Assembly (NCBI GenBank): GCA_964405765.1
Contig: CAYOPC010000002.1
Coordinates: 1 to 51,026, forward strand
Direction: 5' to 3'
DNA: 51,026 nucleotides
Source: an uncultured Gammaproteobacteria bacterium
Lineage (GTDB): Bacteria; Patescibacteriota; Microgenomatia; UBA12405
Shown here: piece after piece, positions 33,946-43,959 of the stretch
How positions within the stretch are numbered: the stretch's first letter is position 1
Layout: each line of letters opens with the position of its first letter
Notes under the pieces: generated by a model
Databases searched by the model: none
Told to the model about the DNA's origin: nothing
What the model saw: only the letters and a program-made list of their open reading frames with translations
Position numbers and translations under genes: made by a program

Positions 33946-35334
33946 TTATTTAAAACTTTTAATTTTTTCTAATAAAACCTCTCTATCATTTAACTCCGGT
34001 TTTTCTTCCACTTTTTTAAAAATACTATTTAGTACTTCACCTACTTTTCGTCCTGTTTTAATTTCTAAAATTTTCATTACATCTATACCGTTAACTTTTA
34101 AATCTTTTACCGCAAATGGCTGCTTCTGAACCTCTACAATTCGTTTTTTAAACAATTCCCATCGCCAACTGGTTTCTTTAGCTCCGCTACCTAATCTATC
34201 AGCCCGGCGTAAGTCAATCATTTCATCAACATAATCCAAGGTTACATTGCGGATAAATCTTCTCACCGCTTTATCAGTTTGGGTTTCTTGGACGGTAAAC
34301 ATATGCCATCTGACTAATCGAAATAATTGATCCAATTCTTTATTGGACAACCTTAATTTTTTGCCTATACTGACTGCCATTCTTGATCCATAAATTTCAT
34401 GATTATGAAAAGTTCTGGAATCTCCATTACCCTCAGCTGATCTCGGTTTACCCACATCATGAAGCAATGCCGCCAATCTGGTTATCGGGTTTTTACTTTG
34501 GCAATTATCCAAAGTTTTTAAATTATGTGTCCAAACATCATCGATATGATGTCCTTTTTGAGTCATTCCTAGGCCACTAACTAACTCCGGCATAATCTGT
34601 TCCAATAATCCAGATTTTCTTAACCACTCAATTCCCGTTGATGGTGTGGGTAAGAGAAGAATTTTAAATAATTCATCTCTAATTCTTTCTCCGGCAATAT
34701 TATTAATTAATTTGGCATTTTTTTGAATTGACTCTAAAGTTTTTTCTTCAATATTAAAACCTATTTGTCCGGCAATTCTCACTGCTCTCATCAGTCTCAA
34801 AGCATCTTCATTAAACCTTTCATCCGGATTCCCCACTGTTCTAATTAATCTGCTTTGCAGATCCTTTTGCCCTTCAAACAAATCAATTATTTTATAGTTA
34901 TTAAGACTTCCGCCCTCTTTGAGGGAGGATGTCGAGCTTTGCGAGACAAGAGGGTTTTGTATTTCAATCGCCATAGCATTTATAGTGAAATCCCTTCTCT
35001 CTAAATCTTCCTCTAAAGTTTTACCCCATTTAATTTTATCCGGATGCCGGCCGTCACTATAACCTCTTTCAGTCCTAAAAGTCGTTACTTCAAAAATCTC
35101 CCCGTCTTTTTCCACAATACTCAATGTCCCAAAATTATTGTTATAAAAACTGTTTTTCGGAAAAATTTTTTTCATTTCTTCCGGAGTCAAATTAGTTGTA
35201 AAATCCCAATCATTTACTTCTCGTCCTAAAATCAAGTCACGTACCGCCCCGCCGACAATATAAATCTCAGCTTTATTTTCTTGAAATTTAGCAATAATTT
35301 TTTTAATCCTCTCTGGGATTACTAATTCTTTCAT
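33946..35334 (-). CDS. cca: CCA-adding enzyme (class II nucleotidyltransferase with HD domain)
   Basis: 462 aa; GGAVRDLILGREVNDWDFTT, RDFTINAMA, EDALRLMRAVR, HD motif LLHDVGK. Consistent with tRNA-Pro lacking an encoded CCA. Confidence 0.88.
   Translation of the reverse strand: MKELVIPERIKKIIAKFQENKAEIYIVGGAVRDLILGREVNDWDFTTNLTPEEMKKIFPKNSFYNNNFGTLSIVEKDGEIFEVTTFRTERGYSDGRHPDKIKWGKTLEEDLERRDFTINAMAIEIQNPLVSQSSTSSLKEGGSLNNYKIIDLFEGQKDLQSRLIRTVGNPDERFNEDALRLMRAVRIAGQIGFNIEEKTLESIQKNAKLINNIAGERIRDELFKILLLPTPSTGIEWLRKSGLLEQIMPELVSGLGMTQKGHHIDDVWTHNLKTLDNCQSKNPITRLAALLHDVGKPRSAEGNGDSRTFHNHEIYGSRMAVSIGKKLRLSNKELDQLFRLVRWHMFTVQETQTDKAVRRFIRNVTLDYVDEMIDLRRADRLGSGAKETSWRWELFKKRIVEVQKQPFAVKDLKVNGIDVMKILEIKTGRKVGEVLNSIFKKVEEKPELNDREVLLEKIKSFK
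34908..34959 (+). repeat. Long variant of the G+C-rich element, in frame inside cca on the antisense coding strand
   Basis: TTCCGCCCTCTTTGAGGGAGGATGTCGAGCTTTGCGAGACAAGAGGGTTTTG. It shares TTCC-CGCCCT-loop-AGGGAGG...GAGGGTTT with 26934-26972. It encodes NPLVSQSSTSSLKEGGS, placed just after the RDFTINAMA motif. Confidence 0.65.
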
Positions 35335-35783
35335 TCTGTCTTATTTTACCTTATTTACACGGAATCTCTCTTCTTGTTTCTGAAATCTCATACCAACTCT
35401 CTAATTCATAACATTTTATTCTTTTACCGATACACATACTATTAGATATTCCTGAATACGAACCCAAATGAGACATCCATTTTTGTATTCCTATACACTC
35501 ACAAGAATTTGTCTCACCCAATTCATTCTATAAGAACTACACGAGCTTGAAGGTAACAGAGTAACTATCAAAAAGAATAAAATAAAAAATAACCAGTAAT
35601 TCCATTTCTTAATCAACAATACAGACAAAATTATATTAACTATAATTAAAAAAAACACTTACATTCGATGGAAAAACAATATGGATCAAAACACCACTAA
35701 CTAATAAAACAACATAGCCTAACCTAAATACAATTTCCCAAACACCATTGACCGGAAGTTTCATAATTCAGTCTACCATATCC

Positions 35784-35812
35784 AAAAAACCCTCCGGTTG
35801 CCCGGAGGGTTT
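35784..35812 (-). terminator. Rho-independent terminator of the RRM-protein gene
   Basis: AAACCCTCCGG-(4-nt loop)-CCGGAGGGTTT, a perfect 11-bp stem. On the minus strand it is followed by a T run (TTTTTTGG). Confidence 0.8.
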
Positions 35813-35833
35813 CACAATCGTTTTTAATTTAAT

Positions 35834-36094
35834 TTATACACGATCTGGCTTTGGTAAAGCTTCTTTGACAGCGATATTTCTACCCATCTGTTCAGAATTG
35901 TTGAGAGCTTCCATAGCTTTAGCGGCATCTTCATCGTTTTCGAATTCCACGAAACCGAATCCTTTGCTTCTCTTAGAGAATTTATCGATGACTACGTTGG
36001 CTGAAGTTACCGCCCCGTAAGCTGAAAAGATTGAATTCAAATCAGCATCTGCCATTGCAAAAGGAAGATTGCCTACAAATAATTTTTTTGCCAT
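35834..36094 (-). CDS. RRM-type RNA-binding protein
   Basis: 86 aa; RNP-2 LFVGNL and RNP-1 KGFGFVEF. Confidence 0.9.
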   Translation of the reverse strand: MAKKLFVGNLPFAMADADLNSIFSAYGAVTSANVVIDKFSKRSKGFGFVEFENDEDAAKAMEALNNSEQMGRNIAVKEALPKPDRV

Positions 36095-36230
36095 GTGTTT
36101 TTTTTAAAAACTCCTTAAATACCTTAATAAAATATAACAGGTTTAAACCTCGTTCCTAAAAGTTGGCTACTTCCAGAAACTAATCAATAGTATATAACAT
36201 TTCCCTCAAAATGTGTAAAATTGACTATCT

Positions 36231-37883
36231 ATGCTGTGTATCGACCATTCCACCTCAGAAGATCAAATTTTAGATTTACTCCTAAAAAATCGCCAAATCA
36301 ACCCTAAAAATTCAGCTGAATTTTTAAAACCGTCATCTCCAAAAAAACTTACTCCCAAAGATTTTGGTATTAGTCAAAAGTCTCTTGATCAAGCCGTTAA
36401 GATTATTCAACACCATATTCAAAATAATAGTCAAATTTTGATTTATGGTGATTACGATGTTGATGGTATCACTGCTACCGCCATTCTTTGGCAGGTTTTA
36501 TACCAAAAAGATGCCCGAGTTTTACCTTTCGTCCCCGACAGGGAAGCTGATGGTTATGGTATCAAAGCTGATTCTTTTTTTCGCATTCAAACCGATAAAA
36601 ATCTTCATTTCGATTTACTTATTACGGTTGATAATGGTATTGTTGCCGGCAAAGAATTATTGCCGATTTTAGACTCCGGCACGCAGATTGTGGTCATCGA
36701 CCATCATGTTGCTGATAATTCATTACCCAAAGAAATTACCTCCGTTCACTCAACCAAAACTTCCGGTTCAGTTCTTTCCTGGTTAGTCGCCTCTCAAATC
36801 GATAAATCTAGTGACTTGGGTTTAGCTGCTCTTGGTGCCGTTACTGACTGTATGCCGCTCAATACTGTCAATCGCAATATTGTCTACCATGGTCTTCAAT
36901 CTCTTCGTCTTCAACCAAATCCCGGCATCAAAAAATTAATTCAAGTCAGTGGTTCCAAACAAGATTCTTTAACTACTTATGATTTAGGTTTTGTTCTTGG
37001 CCCTCGCATCAATGCTGTTGGCCGTTTATCCAATCCCACCGACGCTCTCCGACTTCTTTGTAGTCAAACCCAAGAACAGGCCAATAAATTTGTCGCTATC
37101 TTAGATGGTTACAACAAAGAACGTCAGACTCTTCAACAGGAAAGTCTTGATTTAGCTAATGAAAAAATAAGTAGAGACATTTTGCTAAACGTCTCTGCAA
37201 AAGAGAAAAATAAATTAATTTTTGTTGCCGACAAATCATTTCACCCCGGTGTTATTGGTCTGATTGCCGGACGTTTAACCGAAAAACACTATTTACCCTC
37301 AATTATTATTAGTCTTGATGAAGAAATTTCCAAAGGTTCCTGTCGATCAATCAAAGAATTAAATATTATTGCCACTCTTCGCCAATTTTCCGACCTTTTT
37401 GTTGATCTTGGCGGCCATAGTGGTGCTGCCGGCTTTAGTATCAAAACCGAAAATATTCCTAAGATTCAGCAAAAATTAACCAAATTTATTAATCAAAAAT
37501 TAGCTAATTGCGAGCTCAAGCCTGAAAAATTTATTGATGCCGAGATGAAATTAAATGCTGTTACTGTCAAAAATTGTCGTCTTGTAAAAAAACTTGAACC
37601 TTTTGGTATTGGTAACCCTGATCCGGTTTTTTTATTTAAACAAGTTCGAGTTGTCGAAAAACGCTTGCTTGGTTCTACTGGTGATCATCTCAAACTAAAA
37701 ATCGATGACCCAACTACTCCCCAAAAAGAAAACATTGTCGTGGACTCCATCGCTTTCAAAAAAGGGGAGTTTGACTCAAAAATAAAAGTCGGTGACCTGA
37801 TCGACTTTACCGCTAACCTTAGTTTAAATATTTGGAACGGTTACACTTCTCCCCAGCTTGTCGTCAGAGACTTTCTATCGTAA
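36231..37883 (+). CDS. recJ: Single-stranded-DNA-specific exonuclease RecJ
   Basis: 550 aa; DHH motifs (IYGDYDVDGITATAIL, VIDHH) and DHHA1 (GGHSGAAG). Confidence 0.88.
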   Translation: MLCIDHSTSEDQILDLLLKNRQINPKNSAEFLKPSSPKKLTPKDFGISQKSLDQAVKIIQHHIQNNSQILIYGDYDVDGITATAILWQVLYQKDARVLPFVPDREADGYGIKADSFFRIQTDKNLHFDLLITVDNGIVAGKELLPILDSGTQIVVIDHHVADNSLPKEITSVHSTKTSGSVLSWLVASQIDKSSDLGLAALGAVTDCMPLNTVNRNIVYHGLQSLRLQPNPGIKKLIQVSGSKQDSLTTYDLGFVLGPRINAVGRLSNPTDALRLLCSQTQEQANKFVAILDGYNKERQTLQQESLDLANEKISRDILLNVSAKEKNKLIFVADKSFHPGVIGLIAGRLTEKHYLPSIIISLDEEISKGSCRSIKELNIIATLRQFSDLFVDLGGHSGAAGFSIKTENIPKIQQKLTKFINQKLANCELKPEKFIDAEMKLNAVTVKNCRLVKKLEPFGIGNPDPVFLFKQVRVVEKRLLGSTGDHLKLKIDDPTTPQKENIVVDSIAFKKGEFDSKIKVGDLIDFTANLSLNIWNGYTSPQLVVRDFLS

Positions 37884-37892
37884 AATACACCT

Positions 37893-39272
37893 ATGACTAG
37901 AATATTAAACGCAGAATGTATCGCTAAAGTAGGTGAAAAAGTCACCGTCAAAGGCTGGGTTAATAGTGTTAGAAGCTATGGCAAATTAGCTTTTGCCGAT
38001 ATTCGTGACCGGTCTGGTCTCATTCAGGTTGTTGGTGGTCCGGAAATTGGTACTTTAAAAGATGAATCGGTAGTTGAAATTACCGGCACCGTCCGCAGTC
38101 GCAGCGAAAAATATTTTAATGATAAATTAATTACCGGCAAAATTGAAATTGAAGTTGAATTGATTAATGTTTTAGTCAAAGCTGCCGAATTGCCTTTTGA
38201 TATTCATCAGGCAGATAGTAAAACCACTCTTCCGATTATTTTAGACAATCGCTCATTATCTCTTCGTAACCAAAAAATTCAGGATGTTTTTAAAGTCCAG
38301 GCCACCATTGTCAAAACTTTTAGAGATTATCTTAACCACATCGGCTTTACTGAAATTTTTATTCCTACTATTGTTGCTGGCTCTACCGAAGGTGGTTCTG
38401 AAGTTTTTCCTATTGATTATTTCGGTTATCGTGCTTATCTGGCCCAAAGCCCTCAACTATACAAACAAATCCTGACTTCTATTTTCGAAAGAGTTTTTAC
38501 TATTGCTCACGCTTATCGAGCCGAGCCATCAGTCACTACTCGCCATCTTACTGAATACGTTGGTCTTGATGTCGAAATGGGGTTTATTGATAGTTGGACT
38601 GAAGTTTTAAAAACTGCCGATGCTGTGGTTAAAGCCATTTTTAAATCTGTATCTGAGAAACATCAGGACATCTTAAATGAATATGGAGTCACTATCCCTC
38701 AAACAGTCGAAAATACTCCAACAGTCAAATTAAAAGATGCCTTACAAATAATTTACGATAGAACCGGTCGTGATGTTCGTAACGAACCGGACATGGATCC
38801 GGAAGGGGAGCGGGAAATTTGCCGTTGGTCTCGTGAAAAATATGGTAGCGATTTGGTCTTTATTACTCATTTTTATACCAAAAAACGAGCCTGGTATTCT
38901 TATGCCAATCCGGAAAATCCCGAAGAAACTTTAACTTTTGACTTAATCGGTTGCGGTGTCGAATGGATCAGTGGTGGTCAACGTATTCACGATTATCAAC
39001 AACTTCAGGAAAAAATTATTTCTCGAGGTCAAGACCCTAAAGATTTTGAAATTCCCTATGGTCAGGCATTTAAGTATGGCATGCCTCCCGAAGGTGGTTT
39101 TGCTATTGGTTTGGAACGAATCACCCAAAATATCTTAGGGTTAGAAAATGTTCGTCAAGCCAGTTTATTTCCCCGTGATATGGAAAGAGTCGATTCTAGA
39201 CTATCTGTTTCCGGTAAAAAAATTGCTAAGATTAAAACGGATGCTAAAAAAAGCCATAAATCTAAAAAATAA
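37893..39272 (+). CDS. aspS: Aspartate--tRNA ligase, archaeal/eukaryal-like class IIb, with a Lys-rich tail
   Basis: 459 aa; OB anticodon-binding N-terminus, YRAEPSVTTRHLTEYVGLDVEMGF (motif 2), GGFAIGLERI (motif 3). I did not rigorously exclude AsnRS. Confidence 0.8.
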   Translation: MTRILNAECIAKVGEKVTVKGWVNSVRSYGKLAFADIRDRSGLIQVVGGPEIGTLKDESVVEITGTVRSRSEKYFNDKLITGKIEIEVELINVLVKAAELPFDIHQADSKTTLPIILDNRSLSLRNQKIQDVFKVQATIVKTFRDYLNHIGFTEIFIPTIVAGSTEGGSEVFPIDYFGYRAYLAQSPQLYKQILTSIFERVFTIAHAYRAEPSVTTRHLTEYVGLDVEMGFIDSWTEVLKTADAVVKAIFKSVSEKHQDILNEYGVTIPQTVENTPTVKLKDALQIIYDRTGRDVRNEPDMDPEGEREICRWSREKYGSDLVFITHFYTKKRAWYSYANPENPEETLTFDLIGCGVEWISGGQRIHDYQQLQEKIISRGQDPKDFEIPYGQAFKYGMPPEGGFAIGLERITQNILGLENVRQASLFPRDMERVDSRLSVSGKKIAKIKTDAKKSHKSKK

Positions 39273-40173
39273 TTGGCCCGATTTTCTGATTATTTTTTTG
39301 ATTTTAATTCTCAATCTCTTTTGGCTGCCGACTTTTTCTTTTTGGCAAATTTATCCCAAAAACAATTTCATTACCGAAAATAATCAGATTTTAGAATTCT
39401 CTCATCCGGAAACCCCGCTGGTAAAACTAATTCAACCTCCTCAACTTTTGACCGACAAATACATTTTAATTGATGTCGACACCAATAAAGTTCTCATTTC
39501 CAAAAATCAGGATAGTAAAATTTATCCTGCTTCGACTACTAAATTAGCTACCGCTTTAACCGCCCTTAATCTTTACCCTCTCGATGAAGTGGTTACTATC
39601 GATCAGGCTTATGATAATGGCAAAGTTATGGAACTCCAATTTGGAGAAAAAATTACTGTTAAATCATTAGTCACCGCTCTCTTGGTCTATTCAGCCAACG
39701 ATTCAGCTTTTTCTTTAGCTAATCACTATCGCCAGGGTCTTTCTGGATTCATTGAACAAATGAATTCTCTTATGGTCAAATATAATCTTAAAAATACCCA
39801 TTTCGTTAATCCTGATGGTATTCACAATGACAATCATTATTCCACGGTTTATGATCTTTCCCAGCTTGGCCGTTTGGCTATTCAAAATTCCACTGTTCGC
39901 CAAGTAGTCAGAAATAAAAGTATGACTATTACCGATGTTACGGGAAAAATCAAACATGAAATTACTACTACTAATGAACTTCTGGGTGTTGTTCCGGAAG
40001 TTATTGGCCTGAAAACTGGTTTAACTCCGGAAGCTAAAGGTTGTTTTATTGGATTATTAAATATTAACGGTCATTTAGTCATCAGTGTTGTGGCTCAAAG
40101 TGATGATCGTTTTCAGGATACCAAAACCCTTATTTCCTGGCTCAAACAAAACGTTTCTTGGCTAGAGTATTAA
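39241..40173 (+). CDS. D-alanyl-D-alanine carboxypeptidase (peptidase S11, PBP5/6-like)
   Basis: SxxK (ASTTK), SxN (SAND) and KTG motifs. The track ORF start 39148 lies deep inside aspS. ATG 39241 gives a basic N-terminus plus TM, but the true start is uncertain. Confidence 0.75.
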   Translation: MLKKAINLKNNWPDFLIIFLILILNLFWLPTFSFWQIYPKNNFITENNQILEFSHPETPLVKLIQPPQLLTDKYILIDVDTNKVLISKNQDSKIYPASTTKLATALTALNLYPLDEVVTIDQAYDNGKVMELQFGEKITVKSLVTALLVYSANDSAFSLANHYRQGLSGFIEQMNSLMVKYNLKNTHFVNPDGIHNDNHYSTVYDLSQLGRLAIQNSTVRQVVRNKSMTITDVTGKIKHEITTTNELLGVVPEVIGLKTGLTPEAKGCFIGLLNINGHLVISVVAQSDDRFQDTKTLISWLKQNVSWLEY

Positions 40174-40192
40174 CTCTATTTTTGTATCTGCA

Positions 40193-41242
40193 TTATCTAT
40201 CCTCACCTGCACTAACATATTTACTCGTTACCGCCGATACATAAGCCACAAAATTATTGTCTCCTTCAAACACAAAAATCGGTTGTAAATAATTAGTTAA
40301 GGTTGTCGGTTCGTAATAAGCCAAATACATTTTTCTAATAATTACACTAGAATCAGTTACATCCATAGCCGTCCAATAATTTCCGGATTTTAAGTCATTA
40401 ATCGCTTCCTCTCCTGTTTTAATCAGATAAGTTGAATAGGATTCTCTGTCCACATTTATATCTTTAAAATTAACTCCAATTATTTTCTTCGCTTCAACTG
40501 TTGACCCGGATATTAATACTGAAACAGACGCTTTACCGAAATCAGAAGACAATAAATTATGACCATCAAAATCTTTTCGATAGAAATCTACTCTAACCGC
40601 ATTAGACTCTGATTGAGATGAAACTGATTTCAAAGTTCCACTATCTATTTTCCAATAGGAAATTGTTTTCTCTCCGTTTTTTAGATCATCAATTAACTTT
40701 CCTCCTTTATTCAAAAAAGATGAAGCAATTTCTATAGCACTCGTCTTATCTGGAACATTAGTTTCTGTTAATAGCATTTGGTCGGATCCATAGGGATAAG
40801 TAATCTCAAAATCACCGTCCAATACATTTACTACTAATTTTTTATTATCCGTAGTGTTATTAAACTCATAAATTCCTGGTTTTACCTCTACCGGCTCACT
40901 GGGAAAACCAAACGATTTAGCTGTTTCTGTGTCTTCTTGCAAGGCTAAAAAGGTCGTATTCGGTCTATAGATTATATAAACCTTTACTTGATCTTTAAAA
41001 ACTGGAATTTCATCATTTGGTAATTCGAAAGTAAAATTTTTCGCCGTCACCGTCTTGTCCGGAAAAACCACCTTGGGTAAAACACCATATTTAACCGTTG
41101 GTGCATAATAAATTGGATGATTTTCCCTATATATTTTATAAGCCGTTGTAATAACCATCCATAAGAAAGTAAAAACTACTATTCCTAACCCCCCAAACTT
41201 AATCAAATTTCTGCTGGTATAAGCTGTTTGTGTTAACGACAT
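40193..41242 (-). CDS. Hypothetical membrane-anchored extracytoplasmic protein
   Basis: 349 aa; one N-terminal TM, then a beta-rich sequence. No recognised family. Confidence 0.5.
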   Translation of the reverse strand: MSLTQTAYTSRNLIKFGGLGIVVFTFLWMVITTAYKIYRENHPIYYAPTVKYGVLPKVVFPDKTVTAKNFTFELPNDEIPVFKDQVKVYIIYRPNTTFLALQEDTETAKSFGFPSEPVEVKPGIYEFNNTTDNKKLVVNVLDGDFEITYPYGSDQMLLTETNVPDKTSAIEIASSFLNKGGKLIDDLKNGEKTISYWKIDSGTLKSVSSQSESNAVRVDFYRKDFDGHNLLSSDFGKASVSVLISGSTVEAKKIIGVNFKDINVDRESYSTYLIKTGEEAINDLKSGNYWTAMDVTDSSVIIRKMYLAYYEPTTLTNYLQPIFVFEGDNNFVAYVSAVTSKYVSAGEDR

Positions 41243-41277
41243 AAATTATTTTACACTAAAATGATACAATATTAACC

Positions 41278-42705
41278 ATGAGTGACACCAAAGTTATTCG
41301 TACTCGTATTGCTCCTAGCCCAACAGGGGAATATCACATCGGCCACTTACGTACCTGTCTTTACGATTATGCTTTAGCTCGTAAATACGGCGGTCAATTT
41401 ATTATCCGTATTGAAGATACTGATCAAAAAAGATTTGTTGCCGGTTCTGCCGACAGAACTCTCCAAGTTATCAAAGATTATGGTTTAAATTGGGATGAAG
41501 GTCCGGATGTTGGTGGTCCATATGCTCCGTATATTCAAACTCAACGTTTAGATATCTATCAAAAATACGCCAAAGAACTAATTAATAAAGGTTTAGCCTA
41601 CTATTGTTTTTGTACCCAAGAGAGGCTTGATTCTTTACGTGCCTCTCAAAAAGCTGCCGGCCAAGTCTCAAAATACGACCAACATTGCCTTCATCTACCA
41701 AAAGAAGATATTCAAAAAAATCTTAATGCTAAAATTCCTTACACTATTCGTCTAGTCATCCCCAAAAACGAAACTATAATTTTTGAAGATCAAATTCGAG
41801 GCAAAATTAAATTTAACACCAATGATATTGATGACCAGGTTCTAATTAAATCAAACGGAATTCCTACTTATCATTTTGCTGCTACTGTTGATGATCACCT
41901 TATGGGCATCACTCATGTCTTTCGTGGTGAAGAGTGGCTTACCTCTACCCCAAAACATTTATTGCTTTATCGTTATTTTGGCTGGCACCCCCCCATTTTT
42001 GCTCATTTAACTGTTATTCTAAACCCGGATGGTAAGGGTAAACTAAGCAAACGTCATGGAGCTACCTCAGCCAGATCATTTCTGGAGGATGGTTATTTAC
42101 CTGAAGCTATGCTCAATTTTTTGATGTTTTTAGGTTGGAACCCGGGCGATAATCGGGAATTTTTTACCCTTGATGAATTTGTCCAGGCTTTCAGCCTCGA
42201 TCATTTGCACAAAAAATCTCCGGTTTTTGATCGTAAAAAATTAGACTATTTAAACGGTTATTACCTTCGCCAAAAAACCGATGAACAATTGTTTGATCTT
42301 TTCAAAAAATTCTTACCTCAAGCCAGTGACGACCAAATCAAAATTTTAATTCCGGTCTTAAAAGAAAGATTAATTAAACTTTCTGATCTTCAGATTCAAA
42401 CTAAATTTTTATTTGAAGATGTTGAATACGATAAAGAATTATTGCTTAAAAAGGGGACTGCCTCCAAGTTGGCCAAAGACATGCTTTCAAAATCCAAAGA
42501 ATTATTAGGCAATTTTTCTGATATTCAAAATCGTTTAACTAATCTAATCAATGCTAATAATTGGAATGTTGGTGAATTTTTTATGGTCTTTCGGGTCGCC
42601 ATTTGTGGTTCTGCCTTTACTCCGCCGGTAGTTGATTGCCTTCCGGCTTTAGGCCAAGAATCAACTATTAGAAAACTCGACATTGCTCTCGCCAAACTTT
42701 CCTAA
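41278..42705 (+). CDS. gltX: Glutamate--tRNA ligase
   Basis: 475 aa; HIGH (PTGEYHIGHLRT) and KMSKS (KLSKRHG) motifs. Confidence 0.93.
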   Translation: MSDTKVIRTRIAPSPTGEYHIGHLRTCLYDYALARKYGGQFIIRIEDTDQKRFVAGSADRTLQVIKDYGLNWDEGPDVGGPYAPYIQTQRLDIYQKYAKELINKGLAYYCFCTQERLDSLRASQKAAGQVSKYDQHCLHLPKEDIQKNLNAKIPYTIRLVIPKNETIIFEDQIRGKIKFNTNDIDDQVLIKSNGIPTYHFAATVDDHLMGITHVFRGEEWLTSTPKHLLLYRYFGWHPPIFAHLTVILNPDGKGKLSKRHGATSARSFLEDGYLPEAMLNFLMFLGWNPGDNREFFTLDEFVQAFSLDHLHKKSPVFDRKKLDYLNGYYLRQKTDEQLFDLFKKFLPQASDDQIKILIPVLKERLIKLSDLQIQTKFLFEDVEYDKELLLKKGTASKLAKDMLSKSKELLGNFSDIQNRLTNLINANNWNVGEFFMVFRVAICGSAFTPPVVDCLPALGQESTIRKLDIALAKLS

Positions 42706-42723
42706 AATTTATTAAAATAATTT

Positions 42724-43959
42724 GTGGCGTTTTTATTTTTTATTTTTTGCTTTTTTTTAGTTAAACCTGTATTGGCTGCCACCACTCTTCAAATTACCGT
42801 TGCTCCGAGTAGTTTATCTTCAGTTGGTACCAGTTTTCCGGTCCAGTTTATTATCACTGGAGCCGATCCAAATAGTAGTTACTATTATAAATTTTGTGGC
42901 GGAATCGGTAGCTCAACTACACAAATTCAAAGTACACCATCTCTTTCTTGTAGTTCTGAGTGGATCAATTTTCCTATCATAAATATTGATACTGGTGGTA
43001 GCGCTGCTGTTGATTCTACTGCCTATATAAAACCAGATGTTTCATCTGGTACATACAATCTTTTTACTCGCATTGCCTTAATTCCAAAAGGTAACAATTG
43101 GATCACGTATACTAGCTCTACTTCAACTATTTCAGTTACTATAACCCCAACTTGTTCATATAATTATTCCTCATGGAGTGACTGCTTGTCATCCAACACC
43201 AAAACCAGAACAGCGACATTAATATCAACTTCCGAATGTATTGGTACTTCTGAACCGGTCACTCAATCTTGTACCTATGACCCTACTGTAATCAATCCCG
43301 ACTCGTCAACTATTAAAATCACTGAATTTATGCCATATTCAAACCCTGAATGGATAGAGTTCTACAACAGCAATGATAAACCAGTTAAACTAGTTGGTTG
43401 GAAGTTAGAAGATAAAGATGGTCACCCTCGTAGCATAGGTGATTTAGCCATTGGAGCAAAAAGTTATTTTGTTTTTAATTATTCTCCATTTTTCGACAAC
43501 ACTAATGAAGAAAAAGTAATTATTAAAGATCAAACTGGAACAGTTGTTGTCCAAACGTCATATAATAGCGGACTAATGACTCTCGATCGATCATGGTCAC
43601 TAATTAACAATAGTTGGTGTCAATCAAGCACCACTCAAGGTTACGAAAATGTTACTTCTTGTTATTCCGCCCCGGCTGCCACTCCTACTCCAACATTAGC
43701 TAAAACTCCCACTCCTACTCCTGACCAAAGTAAGTATACTTCATCAGATACTGCCACCGAATCAGCCATCATCGAGCCCATCACGGAATCCGATTATATT
43801 ACACCTCAATCAACTTCAACCCCGACTTCTTCTTCCGGATCAATTTTAGGTGATGATATTTCTAATGCCACCAAAAAAAATTATCTGCCTCTGATCCTTA
43901 TTATTTCCGGAGGTCTTTTGCTTACTTCTCCGTTATTTTTTAGTAAATTTAAAAAGTGA
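42724..43959 (+). CDS. Surface protein with a lamin-tail domain and a C-terminal TM anchor
   Basis: 411 aa, GTG start, signal peptide (VKPVLAA). LTD-like IKITEFMPYSNPEWIEFYNSNDKPVKLVGWKLED, a Thr/Pro-rich linker, then a terminal hydrophobic helix plus KFKK. Confidence 0.6.
   Translation: MAFLFFIFCFFLVKPVLAATTLQITVAPSSLSSVGTSFPVQFIITGADPNSSYYYKFCGGIGSSTTQIQSTPSLSCSSEWINFPIINIDTGGSAAVDSTAYIKPDVSSGTYNLFTRIALIPKGNNWITYTSSTSTISVTITPTCSYNYSSWSDCLSSNTKTRTATLISTSECIGTSEPVTQSCTYDPTVINPDSSTIKITEFMPYSNPEWIEFYNSNDKPVKLVGWKLEDKDGHPRSIGDLAIGAKSYFVFNYSPFFDNTNEEKVIIKDQTGTVVVQTSYNSGLMTLDRSWSLINNSWCQSSTTQGYENVTSCYSAPAATPTPTLAKTPTPTPDQSKYTSSDTATESAIIEPITESDYITPQSTSTPTSSSGSILGDDISNATKKNYLPLILIISGGLLLTSPLFFSKFKK

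Noticed and set aside
35748-36020. 90-aa plus-strand ORF
   Set aside because: It is antisense to the RRM RNA-binding protein gene, which has clear RNP-1 and RNP-2 motifs, and it spans that gene's terminator.
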